A stretch of DNA of 64,000 nt from Candidatus Omnitrophota bacterium (GCA_021735445.1 JAIPHA010000001.1:24396-88395), one strand, 5' to 3'; shown: positions 29,139-39,666, counted from the stretch's first letter. The notes: generated by a model not told the origin, from the letters alone. Numbers and translations are program-made.

Positions 29139-30584
29139 ATGAAAAAGATGGATAAAGATTTAGTAGGCCTTATTTTAGCTGCGGGAAGGAGTGAGAGGTT
29201 TTCTTGTGTTGGCAGAGATAAACCGAAGGTGCTCTTTAAGGTAGGGGGACGCAGATTATTGTTAAGAAATATTGAATTAATGCGGGATCAATTAAATATA
29301 AAATACATATATATTGTTGTCGGTTATGGCAAAGAGTCGATAATCAATTTGTGTGGCAAGGGGGATAAATTAGGGGTATCAATTAATTATATTGTAAATA
29401 ACAATTTATCAAAAGGGCTGGCCTATGGATTGTTTTTGCTTAAAGAGTATGTTAATAAACCTTTTTGTGTGTTGTTGGGGGATGAATTTTATTATCGCTC
29501 TAACCATGCAAAGCTAGTTGATTTTTTAGGAGATAATTTTTTAGGGATATGCGGGGTAAAAAAGCAGGCAGAAGAAAGGTTGATAAAAAAGAATTACTCT
29601 GTTGAAATAAAAAATAACAGGATTGATGCGCTTAGCGAAAAGCCACCTATAGTCAAAAATGACTATTTAGGCTGCGGAACTTTTTTATTTTCTCCGAAAA
29701 TATTTTTTTATATCGAAAAAGCCTTGAAGTTCAAGGTAGCCAAAAAGATTGAAATTGCCGATGTCTTAAATCTAGCGGCTCAGGAAGGGGAAATAATTTA
29801 TCCTTTTTTTATCAAGGGAGAATATGTTAATGTTAATAGCTTAGGTGATTTAAACAGCGCAAAACAAATCGTAAGGGGCAGAAAACATCAAAGCAGTAAG
29901 GTGAGCTTAATCATTCCCGCAGATAATGAGGCTGAAGCTATCGGGGCCGTTTTAGATGATTTTAAAGATAAAGTTGATGAAATAATAGTAGCGGATAATA
30001 ATTCTCTGGATAATACTGCCAGCATCGCAAAAGACAAGGGGGCTTGTGTATTTACCAATAACTATAGCGGATATGGCGCGGCGCTAAAGTTTGCCGCTCA
30101 AAAAGCCTCCGGCGATATTTTAGTATTTGTAGAAGCAGATGGTTCGTTTCGGTCTTATGATTTAGAGAAGATTTTAAAATGCCTTAAAAATTATGATATG
30201 GTGATTGGGACAAGGACTGCTAAGGCGGTTAGCATGAATATTTTTTTAAGATATGGAAATATCCTGATGGCAAGATTGGTAAAATTTTTGTGGAAAAAGC
30301 ATTTTCCGCCCCGACTTTCGGATGTCGGTTGTACCTATAGAGCCATATGGAAAAGTTCATATTTAGAAATATCTTCTGATTTAAAAACAGATGGGCCCGA
30401 ATTTTCTTTAGAAATGATGATTGAATCGATAAAAAATAGTTTTAAAATAAGAGAAATCCCCGTGAGTTATTTCGAGAGGCAGGGAGGAGTTTCTAAGCAT
30501 TCAAAGAATTTACTCGGGGTTATAAAAACGGCGATGAGGATGTTAAGGGTAATAGGCTTGAAAAAGATTAAACTTTTTAGATGA
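29139..30584 (+). CDS. Fused sugar-phosphate nucleotidyltransferase + DPM-synthase-like GT2
   Basis: N-terminal LILAAGRSER..KPK, LGD, EKP. C-terminal SLIIPADNE, DNNSLDNT, GYGAAL, EADGS, EIPV.YFER.GG.SK. Confidence 0.88.
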   Translation: MKKMDKDLVGLILAAGRSERFSCVGRDKPKVLFKVGGRRLLLRNIELMRDQLNIKYIYIVVGYGKESIINLCGKGDKLGVSINYIVNNNLSKGLAYGLFLLKEYVNKPFCVLLGDEFYYRSNHAKLVDFLGDNFLGICGVKKQAEERLIKKNYSVEIKNNRIDALSEKPPIVKNDYLGCGTFLFSPKIFFYIEKALKFKVAKKIEIADVLNLAAQEGEIIYPFFIKGEYVNVNSLGDLNSAKQIVRGRKHQSSKVSLIIPADNEAEAIGAVLDDFKDKVDEIIVADNNSLDNTASIAKDKGACVFTNNYSGYGAALKFAAQKASGDILVFVEADGSFRSYDLEKILKCLKNYDMVIGTRTAKAVSMNIFLRYGNILMARLVKFLWKKHFPPRLSDVGCTYRAIWKSSYLEISSDLKTDGPEFSLEMMIESIKNSFKIREIPVSYFERQGGVSKHSKNLLGVIKTAMRMLRVIGLKKIKLFR

Positions 30585-31936
30585 ATTCATTTATCCTAAA
30601 TTTAGAGAATTTGTGGCAAGACAGCGTAGCTATAATGCTAAGGTGGTTTATTGAAACTTATGATGCTGAATATTGGATTCCGGTGCTGATAAATGTTTAT
30701 AACAGTATTTTTGAAAGAATATTGTTATTTACCGGAATTTTTACGGTATGGACGGTTTATTTTTTCATTATAAGAAAGAATTCCCGCAGGATTAAAAATA
30801 TTATTGTTTTATATATTATTTTTTTATTTTTATCGGGCGGGATAATTTATTTTTCGGATATAAAATATTTTGTAGAAATTTTTCTTTTTAACGCTGTTTT
30901 TTATATATTTTTATCTTTTCCTATAAAAAAAACCAGTTTTTTATTAAATACTTTGCGGATTATTTTTATTTTTTTTCTTTCTGGGCTAATTGCTTTTAGC
31001 GCTTATCCATTGCCGCCTAAGGCGGTTCCTGAAATTAATTATAAAGCAAATGTTAGGAAGATAGCGGATGGGGATTTTTCTAAAATAGAACCAGATTGGG
31101 CCAAAAAAAGATTATTTATCTCTGGTTTTGAACAGCCGACTTTGCTTGAATACAACCCTAAACAGCAGAGTCTTGATAAAATACCGGCGCTTAAAACCGG
31201 TTATGCTCAATATCATAAGATAAATCAGAAAAAAAGGGAAATTTATCTCTATAATAAAGAGATTAAGAAGCTGGTAGTCTTTGACTTAGACACTTTTTCT
31301 CTAAAAAGGATGTCTTCGCCTATTCCGATGGCTGTTGGCGATAATTTTATTGAGTATGACAATAAAAATGAGCTTATATTTATCGAATCAGAGATGAATA
31401 AAAAAGGAGGGTATAAATTTGCAGCTTTAAATATGAGTAGCTTAGAAGTCGAGAAAAGATTTGATATCAATGGCTATTTATTGATGAATCCCGAAAAAGA
31501 CAAGCTGTACGCTTATAGCTACTTTTGGCTTAAAAACCCCTGCTTTTATCTGCTTGATACAGATAAATTAGAAATTGTAAAAAGAAAAAAAATAACAATG
31601 CCTATTTTAGAGTATGTTGTTTCAAATAAGTATAAAAAAATATATTGTAGTTCTCCTTTTGCCAGAAAAATAATAATTTTAGATATAGTTAGCTTAAATA
31701 GAATTGGTGTTATCAAAATACCGTTTGGGATGAGAATATTAACTATTGATAAAAAAAGAAACCTTCTTTTTGTGGGGGGGTTTTTAGACGGTAAAGTTCA
31801 TATGATTGATATCAAGACAAAAAAAACGTTAAAACGGTACAATGTGGGATTTTGGTTAAGAGATTTTTGCCTGGATTCAAAAAAAAGGATTCTGTATGTA
31901 GTTGGTAAATATGGGCTGTATCAAATTAATTATTAA
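30581..31936 (+). CDS. Membrane-anchored beta-propeller protein (YncE/YVTN-like)
   Basis: About 4 N-terminal hydrophobic segments, then ~40-aa repeats such as DKKRNLLFV and DSKKRILYV. Confidence 0.65.
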   Translation: MNSFILNLENLWQDSVAIMLRWFIETYDAEYWIPVLINVYNSIFERILLFTGIFTVWTVYFFIIRKNSRRIKNIIVLYIIFLFLSGGIIYFSDIKYFVEIFLFNAVFYIFLSFPIKKTSFLLNTLRIIFIFFLSGLIAFSAYPLPPKAVPEINYKANVRKIADGDFSKIEPDWAKKRLFISGFEQPTLLEYNPKQQSLDKIPALKTGYAQYHKINQKKREIYLYNKEIKKLVVFDLDTFSLKRMSSPIPMAVGDNFIEYDNKNELIFIESEMNKKGGYKFAALNMSSLEVEKRFDINGYLLMNPEKDKLYAYSYFWLKNPCFYLLDTDKLEIVKRKKITMPILEYVVSNKYKKIYCSSPFARKIIILDIVSLNRIGVIKIPFGMRILTIDKKRNLLFVGGFLDGKVHMIDIKTKKTLKRYNVGFWLRDFCLDSKKRILYVVGKYGLYQINY

Positions 31937-31980
31937 AATATTTTTCTAACCAGGGTTTAGATATTAAGGAGTTAAGGTAG

Positions 31981-32901
31981 GTGGCAATTGCAAAGAAAGG
32001 TTTGAATTATAAAGCGGCGTTAAGAGTTGTTTTTTCTGTTTCGATAACTTTTATTATCTTTTTTTTGATTTTTAGAAATGTTGATATAAAAGCGGTCAAA
32101 AGTTCGATAAGCAGGGCGGATTTATATCTTTTTTTGCTTGCGGCAATACTTTCTGTAATCGAGGCAGTTTTTTTAGCTTCTTTTAGGTGGAGGCTAATGT
32201 TAAGGAGGCTGGGTTATAAAATCGGCTTTAAAGAAGCTTTGGTTGTTGTGATCGGCTCAGAACCGGTTGGGAACTTTTTCCCTTTAAAAACCGGAGAATT
32301 TTTTAAAGTTTTATACCTAAGGCGTGCCCGGGGGGTTCCTGTAGCAAAAACTACGCTACTTGTTTTATGTGAACAGTTGTTGAATTTCTTGTCTTTATTT
32401 ATCTTTGTCATTTTAGGCGGGATTTTATCTCTTAAAGCGTTATTGTTTAACTTTTTTTTGATAAATACACCGATAGATAAAAGCGGCCTGAGGGGCAAGG
32501 CTAAAACTATCTGTAAAAAAATATCTAATTTTTTTAAAATAGAATACACAAACGCTATTAAGATATTTCAAGATAAGCAGATAATATTTTATTCTTTTTT
32601 GATATTTGCATTTGAATTGTTCATTGTCTACCTGTTAGCGGAATCTTTAGGGATATTTATCCCGGCGGTAAATATATTAGTTTTTGTCCCCTTGGTGGTG
32701 ATAGTAAGCAGCCTGCCTTTTACGGTTGCCGGTACGGGGATAAGAGAAGTTTCTCTATTGTTTTTTTTCGCTCAATTCGGTTCTCCGGAGGCTTTGCTGT
32801 CGCTAGGTTTATTGTATTCATTCGTTGAATATCTATTGCCTTTATTGATGGGCTTGTTATGGGTGGGCCGGTTCTGGAGAGGGATAGTTTTTAAAGATTA
32901 G
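31981..32901 (+). CDS. LPG-synthase-TM/AglD-like putative flippase
   Basis: RWRLML, FFPLKTGE, LPFTVAGTGIRE; multi-TM. GTG start preceded by AGGAG. Confidence 0.85.
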   Translation: MAIAKKGLNYKAALRVVFSVSITFIIFFLIFRNVDIKAVKSSISRADLYLFLLAAILSVIEAVFLASFRWRLMLRRLGYKIGFKEALVVVIGSEPVGNFFPLKTGEFFKVLYLRRARGVPVAKTTLLVLCEQLLNFLSLFIFVILGGILSLKALLFNFFLINTPIDKSGLRGKAKTICKKISNFFKIEYTNAIKIFQDKQIIFYSFLIFAFELFIVYLLAESLGIFIPAVNILVFVPLVVIVSSLPFTVAGTGIREVSLLFFFAQFGSPEALLSLGLLYSFVEYLLPLLMGLLWVGRFWRGIVFKD

Positions 32902-32930
32902 GCGCTAAAGATAAGGGTGGTTTTAAGAGA

Positions 32931-34286
32931 GTGGCAGAAAAAGTGTTATTGATTAATGCTCCGTCTGAAAATAGGTATTTTCCCGGGATGTTGCCTCCTT
33001 TGGGAGCTTTGTACCTAACTGCTGTTTTAAGAAAAAACTTAATAAGCACAGATTTCATTGATCTTAATCTTAGCCGGAATTGGATAAAAGAGTTAAGGGT
33101 ATCGATAAATTCATTTAAGCCCCGGTTGGTGGGGATATCTTCGAATATTTCCAATACCCGCCAGGCTTTAACGGCTGCTTTTATTATTAAATCGATAAAT
33201 AAAGATTTAATTGTATTTTTAGGAGGGCCAGGGCCTACGGCCAGGCTTGAGGATTATTTATCCGGTAGCATAGATTTTATAATTCCTTTTGAAGCAGAAA
33301 GGATAATAACTGATTTTGTGCGGGCGCAAGATAGAGGTTTAATTGAAGGGGTTATCCGATGCAATGATGGCCAAATAGTATCAGGGATGGAGAACCTAGA
33401 GAGAATGCCGGTAGAAAATCTCGATGATTTGCCTTTTCCGGCCTATGATTTGTTAGATATAAAAGGTTATTATGAAACTACTTATAAAAGGAGGCCGATT
33501 GTTTCGATGGTTACATCGAGAGGCTGTCCTTCTAATTGTATATTTTGTTCCCGAGCGGTATCAGGAAATAAATGGCGGGCCCGTTCTGCTGAAAATGTAG
33601 TCGATGAAATGGAATGGCTAAAAAAAGAAATCGGGGCCAGAGAAATAGCCATACAAGATGATAATTTTACTCTTGATCAGGAGAGAGCGCAAAAGATATG
33701 TGAATTAATAAAAAAGAGAAAATTAAACATATCTTGGCAATTAGATAATGGTGTCAGGGTAGACAAGTTGTCTAAAGATTTATTAGCCTTAATGAAGGAA
33801 TCCGGATGCTGGAAGATAGTTATTGCCCCTGAGGTCGGAGATAAAAAAGAAGCAAAATATATAAAAAAAGGCATATCCTTTAATAAATTTATGGAAGCAT
33901 CATCCTGGTGCAAAGAAATTGGTATGGTTTATCATGCCAATTTTATCATGGGGTTTCCTTTTCAAAATAAAGAGAGTTTAGAAAAACAGATAGATTTTGC
34001 TATAGAATTAGATCCTTTAATTGTTAGCTTTGCTAAGCTTACTGTTTTTCCCGGGACAGAATTGTTTGATAAAAAAAAGAAATATAAAAGAAGAGATACC
34101 TTTAATGATTTTTCTGACAAAAATAATCTTTTGGGAAAAATGTTTTGCAAAGCGCATTTTAACTTTTATTTCCGGCCCAGAAAGATAATTGAGATTATAA
34201 AAACAATAGGAATAAAATTGTTTATCAGAGGCGCTTTATTTGTAACGAGGGCCTTTTTTAGGGGGCAAGCTAATGGAAAAGTATAA
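32931..34286 (+). CDS. B12-binding radical SAM protein
   Basis: PPLGALYL, GGPGPT, LDDLPFP, SRGCPSNCIFC, DDNF. Confidence 0.93.
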   Translation: MAEKVLLINAPSENRYFPGMLPPLGALYLTAVLRKNLISTDFIDLNLSRNWIKELRVSINSFKPRLVGISSNISNTRQALTAAFIIKSINKDLIVFLGGPGPTARLEDYLSGSIDFIIPFEAERIITDFVRAQDRGLIEGVIRCNDGQIVSGMENLERMPVENLDDLPFPAYDLLDIKGYYETTYKRRPIVSMVTSRGCPSNCIFCSRAVSGNKWRARSAENVVDEMEWLKKEIGAREIAIQDDNFTLDQERAQKICELIKKRKLNISWQLDNGVRVDKLSKDLLALMKESGCWKIVIAPEVGDKKEAKYIKKGISFNKFMEASSWCKEIGMVYHANFIMGFPFQNKESLEKQIDFAIELDPLIVSFAKLTVFPGTELFDKKKKYKRRDTFNDFSDKNNLLGKMFCKAHFNFYFRPRKIIEIIKTIGIKLFIRGALFVTRAFFRGQANGKV

Positions 34287-35667
34287 CTTAACGCAACTTT
34301 CCGATATCAGCGATTTAGCGCAGCAAGAGGTTATTGGTTATTACAAAAAATATATAAATCCCGGGATTGCTTTCTTTTTAAAGGTGTTAGGGTTTGCTCA
34401 GCATAAAATTGTAAAATCCGAAGGGATGTACCTATACACCGAATCCGGGAAAAAGATAATGGACTTTTTAGGGGGGATGAGTGTTTTAAATCACGGCCAT
34501 AACCACCCCCGTATTTTAAAAGCCAGGCGAAATTTTAATAAAAATAAAAGGCTAGAGATTTGTAAGGCTTTTATCTCTCAATACCAGAGCGTGTTGGCTA
34601 AAAATTTGGCTGAAATTTTTCCGGAAAATTTACAATACTCTTTTTTTTGTAATAGCGGAGCCGAAGCTAATGAAGGGGCTTTAAAGATAGCTCTTTTGTA
34701 TCAGAGGACAAAAAGTAAGGATAAGGTGGTTTATACGGATTTAGGCTATCACGGGAAAACTTTTGCAACGATGTCGGTTTCGGGTTCTTTTTCCCGCCCG
34801 CATCGCGAACTTTTTAAACAAATTCCCGGTTGTATAGAAATTCCTTTTGGAGACATCGACACATTTGCTAAAATCAGCAAAGAGCGTAATGACTTAGCCG
34901 TAGTTATCCTGGAGGCAATTAAGGCTGATTTAGCTTTATTGCCTCCTCCGGGGTATTTAAAAGAACTTTATTCTTTGTGCCAAAAAAATGGTATTCTTTT
35001 GATTGTTGATGAAATTTTTGCCGGTTTCGGCCGGACCGGTAAGATGTTTTCTTTTGAATATGGCGATATTGTGCCGGATATAGTAACTTTTTCTAAATCT
35101 TTAGGCGGCGGCAAAGCATCGATAGCCGGTTATATAGTGAAGCCTCAAATATTTAAAAAAACATACGGGCAGTTAGGAAATTGCACTATTCATACTACAA
35201 CTTTTGGCGGATTGGGAGAGGAGTGCGCTACGGCTATCGAGGCTTTAAATATTATAAACGACGACGGGTTGGTAGAGAACGCGAGAGTTCAGGGTGAATA
35301 CTTGCTTTCCCAAATGAGATATTTGAAAGCGAAATACCCTCAATACATAAAAGAGGTAAGGTCTGTGGGCTTGTTGGGGACTTTTCAGTTTAGGAATTCT
35401 GCCGATATATTTGGGCCGGCTTTTTTAAAGAGAATCCCCGGCCTAAAAAAAGGGATGACTGGTTTATTTCCTGCGGCAGTGGCTTCTGAACTATTTAAAA
35501 AACATAATATCTTAATTTATAGCGGAGGCAAGGAAGATTATCTTCCGGTAAATCCTGCCTTAATCGTAAAAAGGGGCGAAATCGATTCTTTCATAAAAGC
35601 GATGGATGATGTTTTAGGAAGAAATATTTTTAATTTGGCAATGAAGTTAACTCTAAATGTGGTATAG
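34273..35667 (+). CDS. Class III PLP aminotransferase
   Basis: GHNHP, NSGAEANE, YHGKT, DEIFAGFGRTG, PDIVTFSKSLGGG, HTTTFGG. Confidence 0.95.
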   Translation: MEKYNLTQLSDISDLAQQEVIGYYKKYINPGIAFFLKVLGFAQHKIVKSEGMYLYTESGKKIMDFLGGMSVLNHGHNHPRILKARRNFNKNKRLEICKAFISQYQSVLAKNLAEIFPENLQYSFFCNSGAEANEGALKIALLYQRTKSKDKVVYTDLGYHGKTFATMSVSGSFSRPHRELFKQIPGCIEIPFGDIDTFAKISKERNDLAVVILEAIKADLALLPPPGYLKELYSLCQKNGILLIVDEIFAGFGRTGKMFSFEYGDIVPDIVTFSKSLGGGKASIAGYIVKPQIFKKTYGQLGNCTIHTTTFGGLGEECATAIEALNIINDDGLVENARVQGEYLLSQMRYLKAKYPQYIKEVRSVGLLGTFQFRNSADIFGPAFLKRIPGLKKGMTGLFPAAVASELFKKHNILIYSGGKEDYLPVNPALIVKRGEIDSFIKAMDDVLGRNIFNLAMKLTLNVV

Positions 35668-35696
35668 CGATTATACCTTAAAATGGGTGGTAAAAA

Positions 35697-36326
35697 ATGA
35701 AGGCTAGCAACAAGGGGCAAGTTATTGAAGGTTATTTTAAGAGAGGATCTGATTATGTTTTTGCGGTTATTTTGCTTTTTATCTTTTTTCCTTTTTTTAT
35801 AATTATTCCTTTGCTCCTAAAGTTTATCTGTCGGGATTCGCCATTATTTGTGCAAAAAAGGCTGGGCTATAAAGGTAAAGAGTTTAAAATGTATAAATTT
35901 AAAACAATGAAAGGGGGAGCAGCCTCCGGTGAGAAAAACCTTCAAATTGCGGAATTAGGCCAAAAGGCGAGATTCTATGATCACAAAGTCAATTCTGCAA
36001 TTACTCCTTTGGGAAGATTTTTAAGAAGATCCAGCTTAGACGAGCTGCCTCAATTATTTAATGTTTTAAGAGGGCAGATGAGCTTGGTGGGGCCGCGCCC
36101 TTTTATGCCCAATAAAGAGTTAAGGCAGGATCCTTTGTATGGGATTAGGTCTTCTAGACTGCCGGGGATAACCGGGCTGCCTCAGATAAAAGGCCGCGGC
36201 GATTTAACTATAAAAGAGTGGTTGCTGCTTGACGCAAGGTATGTGGATAATTGGTCTCTTTTTTTTGATTTTAAGATTATTCTTTTAACAGTTCCGGTGG
36301 TCTTGAGCAGAAAAGGCGCATATTGA
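35697..36326 (+). CDS. Priming phosphoglycosyl transferase (Bac_transf, PglC/WbaP C-domain type)
   Basis: KR..DY, F.MYKFKTM, SLDELPQL.NVLRGQMSLVGPRP, PGITG, D..Y. Confidence 0.95.
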   Translation: MKASNKGQVIEGYFKRGSDYVFAVILLFIFFPFFIIIPLLLKFICRDSPLFVQKRLGYKGKEFKMYKFKTMKGGAASGEKNLQIAELGQKARFYDHKVNSAITPLGRFLRRSSLDELPQLFNVLRGQMSLVGPRPFMPNKELRQDPLYGIRSSRLPGITGLPQIKGRGDLTIKEWLLLDARYVDNWSLFFDFKIILLTVPVVLSRKGAY

Positions 36327-36333
36327 TGATTTT

Positions 36334-37749
36334 TTAATTGGTTTTTTTTGTTAAAAGAATCTTTAATAACTGTATATTTTTTAAACTCAATTCCTTAAAA
36401 GCTATTAGCGCGGCTATATATATTGCCAAAAAGGATATTGTGGCAGTAAAAGCAGAGAGGCCAAGCCAGGATAGAAAGAGGTAAATTATTAAAGATATAC
36501 CGGCTGGTTTCAGGGAAGAGTTAAACATACTTTGGGAATAATCTTTGGTGGCTAAGATGAAATACCCTAAAATCGGGCCGGCGGCTGCAGCGATAAGGGT
36601 TGCGGCCGCAGCTCCCGTGAAGCTAAAACGGGGTATTAATAAAAGATTAAGCCCTATATTTACTCCCGCCGATACTCCGGTAAATAAAGGGTCCAGCCTT
36701 TGTTTGTTTGAGGCAACTAATATTTGCCGGTTAACCATGCCGAAGAAATAGAATATTTGGGCAAAAATTAGGATATTTAAAGCCGGCGCGGCCGATGAGA
36801 ATTCTTGGCCGTAGATATTTATTATAATTTCCCGGGAAGAAAGGTTAATCAAGAAGGCCAACGGTATTATCAATATGGCCAGGTATTTAAAGCTTAAGCG
36901 GTAGATAGATTTAAACCTCTTGGGTTGGCGGTTATGGTATTTCGATAAGAGAGGCAACAGAGAAGCTGATAAAGCTAAAGCAATGATGTTAAATGATTCA
37001 GCGATTTTTACCGAAGCCGCATAAGTTCCCAGATAGCTGCTGCCTTTTATTTGATATAACATTAGCTGGTCTATCCTGTGCATAAAAGCAACAAATAAGG
37101 CGGTAAGAGCCAAAGGAGCCGAATGCCTGAATATTTTTTTTGATAATCGGTAGTCTATTTTAAAAACAGGTTTGATAATTTTATTTCCGGATAATACCAG
37201 AACGGTTAAAAGTAAGATATGGATAAAAATCATTGCCGTAAAAATAGAATAGATATTTCCTTTAATGATAATTATTAGGATGATGGCAGCCAAGAAAACT
37301 AAATTGGTAATAGTTTTTGAAAGAGCATATCGCTTCATGCGAAGAAATGCTTTAAAGACAGTTTTGTAGGAAGAGATTAAACTGTTTAAAATTAACAAGG
37401 TAACTATTAAAACCAGATAAGCCGGATTGATAGAACCATTTAGCGAGATGAAAATAGCAAAGACTAAAGCCAGCAAGATATGGAATAAGGCTATATTGCC
37501 TATTATTTTTTCTTTTACCGGGCTGTAGTTATTTTTGACTAATTCTTTTACGGCAACCGGCTCCAGCCAGGTATTAGCAATCATTAAGAAAAAATGGATT
37601 ATTGCTAAAATTAAAGCGTAGTCGCCAAAGTTAGCTTTACCTAAATATCTGGCTAAGATAATAGTTAAACAGAGGGAAGTTAGGGCGGTAACTATTTTTT
37701 CGGCTAAAACGAATCCGCTATTGCTGGTTATAGTTTTTAATAAATTCAT
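36334..37749 (-). CDS. wzx: Wzx-type polysaccharide flippase (start placed at ATG 37749)
   Basis: About 13 TM segments; LARYLG...FG.Y, RIDQLML, G.YAAS, NIGLNLLLIP....GAA.AT. Confidence 0.9.
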   Translation of the reverse strand: MNLLKTITSNSGFVLAEKIVTALTSLCLTIILARYLGKANFGDYALILAIIHFFLMIANTWLEPVAVKELVKNNYSPVKEKIIGNIALFHILLALVFAIFISLNGSINPAYLVLIVTLLILNSLISSYKTVFKAFLRMKRYALSKTITNLVFLAAIILIIIIKGNIYSIFTAMIFIHILLLTVLVLSGNKIIKPVFKIDYRLSKKIFRHSAPLALTALFVAFMHRIDQLMLYQIKGSSYLGTYAASVKIAESFNIIALALSASLLPLLSKYHNRQPKRFKSIYRLSFKYLAILIIPLAFLINLSSREIIINIYGQEFSSAAPALNILIFAQIFYFFGMVNRQILVASNKQRLDPLFTGVSAGVNIGLNLLLIPRFSFTGAAAATLIAAAAGPILGYFILATKDYSQSMFNSSLKPAGISLIIYLFLSWLGLSAFTATISFLAIYIAALIAFKELSLKNIQLLKILLTKKTN

Positions 37750-38582
37750 TTTTTTTTGGTTTTGTAGAAATTGTAATCCAGCCAACTGTGGTAAAAACCC
37801 ATAAAGAGATCTAAAAATAATAAATTAAAATTAGCGCTGGAGGCGTCTCGGGCAAAAAAAGAGAGAGAAAGGCGGAAATTCCGGATAATTTTTTTTATCA
37901 AGCAACTCATAGTAACCGGCTGAGGGTATTGAAAAAAAATCCACCTCCAGAATGCAGTAAGAACTGTTGTTACCGTATCTTTTCGATAGTGGTATGCTTT
38001 AGCCGAAGGCGTATAGATTAATTGATATTTGCTTTTCATGATTTTTTTTGAGATAGCGTAATCTTCATAATTGGTTTTGTATTTATTGTTATAGCCGCCC
38101 ATTTTTTTTAAAATTTCCTTTTTGTAGAGGCAGTTGTTCCCATAGAGAAAAGGAGGGTTTTTTAGGGTTTTATCTCCCCAGGATTGCCGCATGTGGACAT
38201 CCCTCCATTTGTTAGCGAGGCCTTTTTTATTTGTTTCAATCAACCTTCCTCCTGCCCCGGCTACATTTTTTCTTTTGATTTGTTTGATCAGATTTTCCAG
38301 CCAGTTGGGGCTGGCTGCAGTGTCTGCATCCAATGAAGCAAGCAGATTATTTTTTGCATTTTTTAAGGCAGTGTTTCTTGCCGCGGCGATACCTTTGTTT
38401 TTTTTATGGGTTATGATTTTTACCGGATAGTTTGATGCAATTTTTTCTAAATTGCCGCTGGAACCGTCATCTATTAGGATTATTTCATCAACCGGATAAG
38501 TCTGGATAAGTACGCTGTCTAGGCATTTTTTTAAATATTGCCTATGGTTATAGACAGGAATATAAAGACTAATTTTTTTCAT
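37746..38582 (-). CDS. GT2 glycosyltransferase
   Basis: YIPVYN, DDGS, ARN, LDAD, YEDY. Confidence 0.93.
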   Translation of the reverse strand: MKKISLYIPVYNHRQYLKKCLDSVLIQTYPVDEIILIDDGSSGNLEKIASNYPVKIITHKKNKGIAAARNTALKNAKNNLLASLDADTAASPNWLENLIKQIKRKNVAGAGGRLIETNKKGLANKWRDVHMRQSWGDKTLKNPPFLYGNNCLYKKEILKKMGGYNNKYKTNYEDYAISKKIMKSKYQLIYTPSAKAYHYRKDTVTTVLTAFWRWIFFQYPQPVTMSCLIKKIIRNFRLSLSFFARDASSANFNLLFLDLFMGFYHSWLDYNFYKTKKK

Positions 38583-39666
38583 TTGCGCCTAATTCTTGAT
38601 AGAGGTTTTCTAAATTTGTAATTATTTTTTCCCAGTTGTATTCTAATTTTACTTTTTGCCGGGCTTTTTTGCCAAGGTTTTCAACTAAACCAGGATTATT
38701 AATTAGATATTTTAACTTATTTTTTAAGTCAGTACAATTACCGGATTCAAACAATATACCGGAGTTTTCCACAATCTCCTGATTTTCTTTAATTTTGCTG
38801 GTTAAAACACAGAGGCCATAACTCATTGCTTCTAATAAAGAAAGAGGCGAGCCTTCGATGCTTGAGGGTAAAATAAAAAGATAAGCGTTGCGGTAAAGGC
38901 CATCAAGAGCTTTTTCTTTTATGAATCCGGGAAATTCAATTTTTGGCCCGGCAATTCGTTTAAGGTTTAAGAAGTATTTTTTATAATAGGAAGCGGTTCC
39001 GGCTATAACCAGTTTTAGGTTTGTATTAAGCTGATTAAATGCCCGGATTAATAGATCTATTTCTTTTTCCGGGGTTAATCTCCCGACAAACAAGATATAT
39101 TTTTTTTCTTTTTTCAAAGGAGAATTGCCTATTACCGGGATATTAGTGCCATTGGGGATGTAGAAAAAACTTTTTTTAAATTTATCGTGAAAATAAGATT
39201 TAAGGTTTTTAGATACTACTATTGTTCTATCGGGAAAATAACCGGCCGCGTATTCACCAATTTTTAAGACAATTTTAGGTACAATACCCCATTTTTTTCT
39301 TTGCCAATCCAGGCCGTGGACAGTAACTACTACTTTTTTATTAAATATTTTAGGCAGAAAAGAAAATAGAGCCGGGCCCAAAGCGTGAATGTGTACGATA
39401 TCGACATTAAAATTAAAAAAGAGAAGGTGAAGAAGTGATAAAACAGTGTGGCTGCAGGTCTCTAAGTACCTGTTTTTTAAAGCCGGCAGATAAATCAGTT
39501 TTATATTTTTATGATTAATTTTTTGAAAATAATTATGGTTGTTTTGACAATAGGCATGGATTAAATGGCCGCGGTTTGCCAGGCGCAGAGCGGTTTCTTT
39601 TAGAGATTTTTCTATCCCTGAATATTGAGAAGTTATGCCTCTTGTGCCGATGATTGCTATTTTCAT
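38569..39666 (-). CDS. GT4 glycosyltransferase
   Basis: IGTRG....SGIE, HGLDW.R.KW, FVGRL.PEK, EGSPLSLLEAMS. Confidence 0.95.
   Translation of the reverse strand: MKIAIIGTRGITSQYSGIEKSLKETALRLANRGHLIHAYCQNNHNYFQKINHKNIKLIYLPALKNRYLETCSHTVLSLLHLLFFNFNVDIVHIHALGPALFSFLPKIFNKKVVVTVHGLDWQRKKWGIVPKIVLKIGEYAAGYFPDRTIVVSKNLKSYFHDKFKKSFFYIPNGTNIPVIGNSPLKKEKKYILFVGRLTPEKEIDLLIRAFNQLNTNLKLVIAGTASYYKKYFLNLKRIAGPKIEFPGFIKEKALDGLYRNAYLFILPSSIEGSPLSLLEAMSYGLCVLTSKIKENQEIVENSGILFESGNCTDLKNKLKYLINNPGLVENLGKKARQKVKLEYNWEKIITNLENLYQELGANEKN

Noticed and set aside
36327-36333. Bidirectional terminator at the convergent junction
   Set aside because: The gap is only 7 bp and no stem-loop is visible.
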